From contig OZ249438.1 of assembly GCA_965235115.1 (NCBI GenBank), positions 8,246,001 through 8,310,000 on the forward strand: a DNA stretch of 64,000 nt. Direction: 5' to 3'. The position numbers and the translations under genes are program-made. This DNA is from Laetmonice hystrix (taxonomy: Eukaryota). Below are positions 62,727 to 64,000 of the stretch, in pieces (within the stretch, counting starts at the first letter, position 1; each line of letters opens with the position of its first letter). The notes under the pieces are model-generated. The model made no database searches. It had not been told where the DNA came from and saw nothing but the letters and a program-made list of their open reading frames with translations.

Positions 62727-62825
62727 TCTGACTGTTCTTTCCTTTTGTTTCAGGTAAGTATCATGATACGTTGTCTGGTTGCCGTTCAAGGCTGCTTGCA
62801 GACCAACCAGATGGTTAAGGTATGT
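62727..62825 (+). other. Candidate recursive splice site (ratchet point) with a downstream 66-nt RS-exon
   Basis: Branch-like CTGAC at 62728-62732, pyrimidine tract TGTTCTTTCCTTTTGTTT, CAG|GTAAGT at 62753/62754, and a second donor AAG|GTATGT at 62819/62820. Confidence 0.65.
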
Positions 62826-64000
62826 AGTTGACCTCTGTTGATCCGACAAGTAGCAAGCCGAAGGGATAAAAGAGATGCTAAACCCACTTCCAATAGTCAT
62901 GCCATACCTGCCCAACCATACCTGTATAAGAAAAGTTTCCTTTGACCAAAGAATCAAAGACTCATTCCTGTCTTGTCTTGTTGTAACACTATGCTTTATG
63001 AGTCAGTAACATATGGACCATTGGACCATCAGTCCAGTCAGAGGTCTTATCATGGATAACATTTGTTAAGTCGCAAGATACAAATCCTGAAGGGATACAG
63101 ATTTCAATGCTTGGGGTGGTCTGATTGCTAGAATGTTGTAATGTATGAAATCTGCAGAGTGGGTGCCCCAGAACCGTATCTTATTCTCACAACAGTAAAA
63201 ACGACATTTGAAGAACAATAGAAGTTCTGACTGCCTCCCTTCCTCCCTCCTCCCCCACCCATTTACAGGTGTAAAAACGCAAATCATTTTCACCTTCTAT
63301 TGAACCCTTGTCCTATGTGGCTCAGTGACCGACTACAATAAATACATCCCATGTACAGACATACCCATCGGATCAGCATCCTATGGTTTTTACACGTAGA
63401 GCACGATCTTACCGTTTCATGGATACACACAGAGCATACAAACGACTCTCTCGGTGGTCAGGTTACAGTGGCTTCGGATCTAACGGATTATCCTCTGTAC
63501 GTCGGGTCAGTTTTGTCAGACGGTGGCTCATTCATGCCTGATGTCTGATATACAGTTACCTACAGATGGCGGTTCTAAGCGTCTGCAGGATGAGTCACGA
63601 CAAACGTAAGCTACACCACCGCCAACACCCTCCCAACCACAGGTGTTTCCATATTGTCGTCATCACCGCAGCAACCATTATTCTTGTTCAACTTAAATAT
63701 TTTCAATCAGTTTTTACCTGGTGGTCACAGGTAAAAAGGAAGAAACGCAAGCGTATTTCAAACCCAGGAACACAAACGATTACAATGAAAGTGGAAAGGT
63801 GGAATGCTCTGATCGATCAAATGCAATTTTAAGCAAAAAAGACTGAGTCTTTTTCTCCATCTTCCTCCTCCATTCGCACACTGAGGGTATAAGTTTTATG
63901 GGTGTAATACCAACAACGACTCACTTGACATGCCATCTAAAAGATGACGGTTAAAAACTAGTGAGATTTACGCCTGCCAATGGTTTGTTCCCTTGCCGCA

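Noticed and set aside
27167-64000. Downstream NCX exons (rest of CBD2, alpha-2 repeat)
   Set aside because: I found no EEYEK-type or GTSxPD-type coding segment by eye. They probably lie beyond the window, though a very short exon could be missed.

Overview
Animal (bilaterian invertebrate-like) genomic DNA with spliceosomal GT-AG introns; the taxon cannot be fixed from the sequence. There are four plus-strand protein-coding loci. (1) An intronless 292-aa orphan ORF carrying a glycogen-targeting-type PP1 docking motif (1550-2428). (2) A 4-exon, about 653-aa divergent PRD-like Q50 homeobox gene (8569-13660) that the ORF track misses because introns split the homeodomain. (3) An intronless TECR/steroid-5-alpha-reductase family enzyme (16020-17000). 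(4) The 1.8-kb first coding exon of a Na+/Ca2+ exchanger (NCX/SLC8A, 25371-27166). I recognised no further NCX exon, so the remaining about 37 kb is probably one long intron. That intron holds a strong candidate recursive splice site (62753/62754), many unrelated minisatellites, MITEs, a probable solo LTR and a tRNA-derived element. There is no CRISPR array or intact rRNA/tRNA gene. All family assignments come from motif recognition by eye, not database searches.
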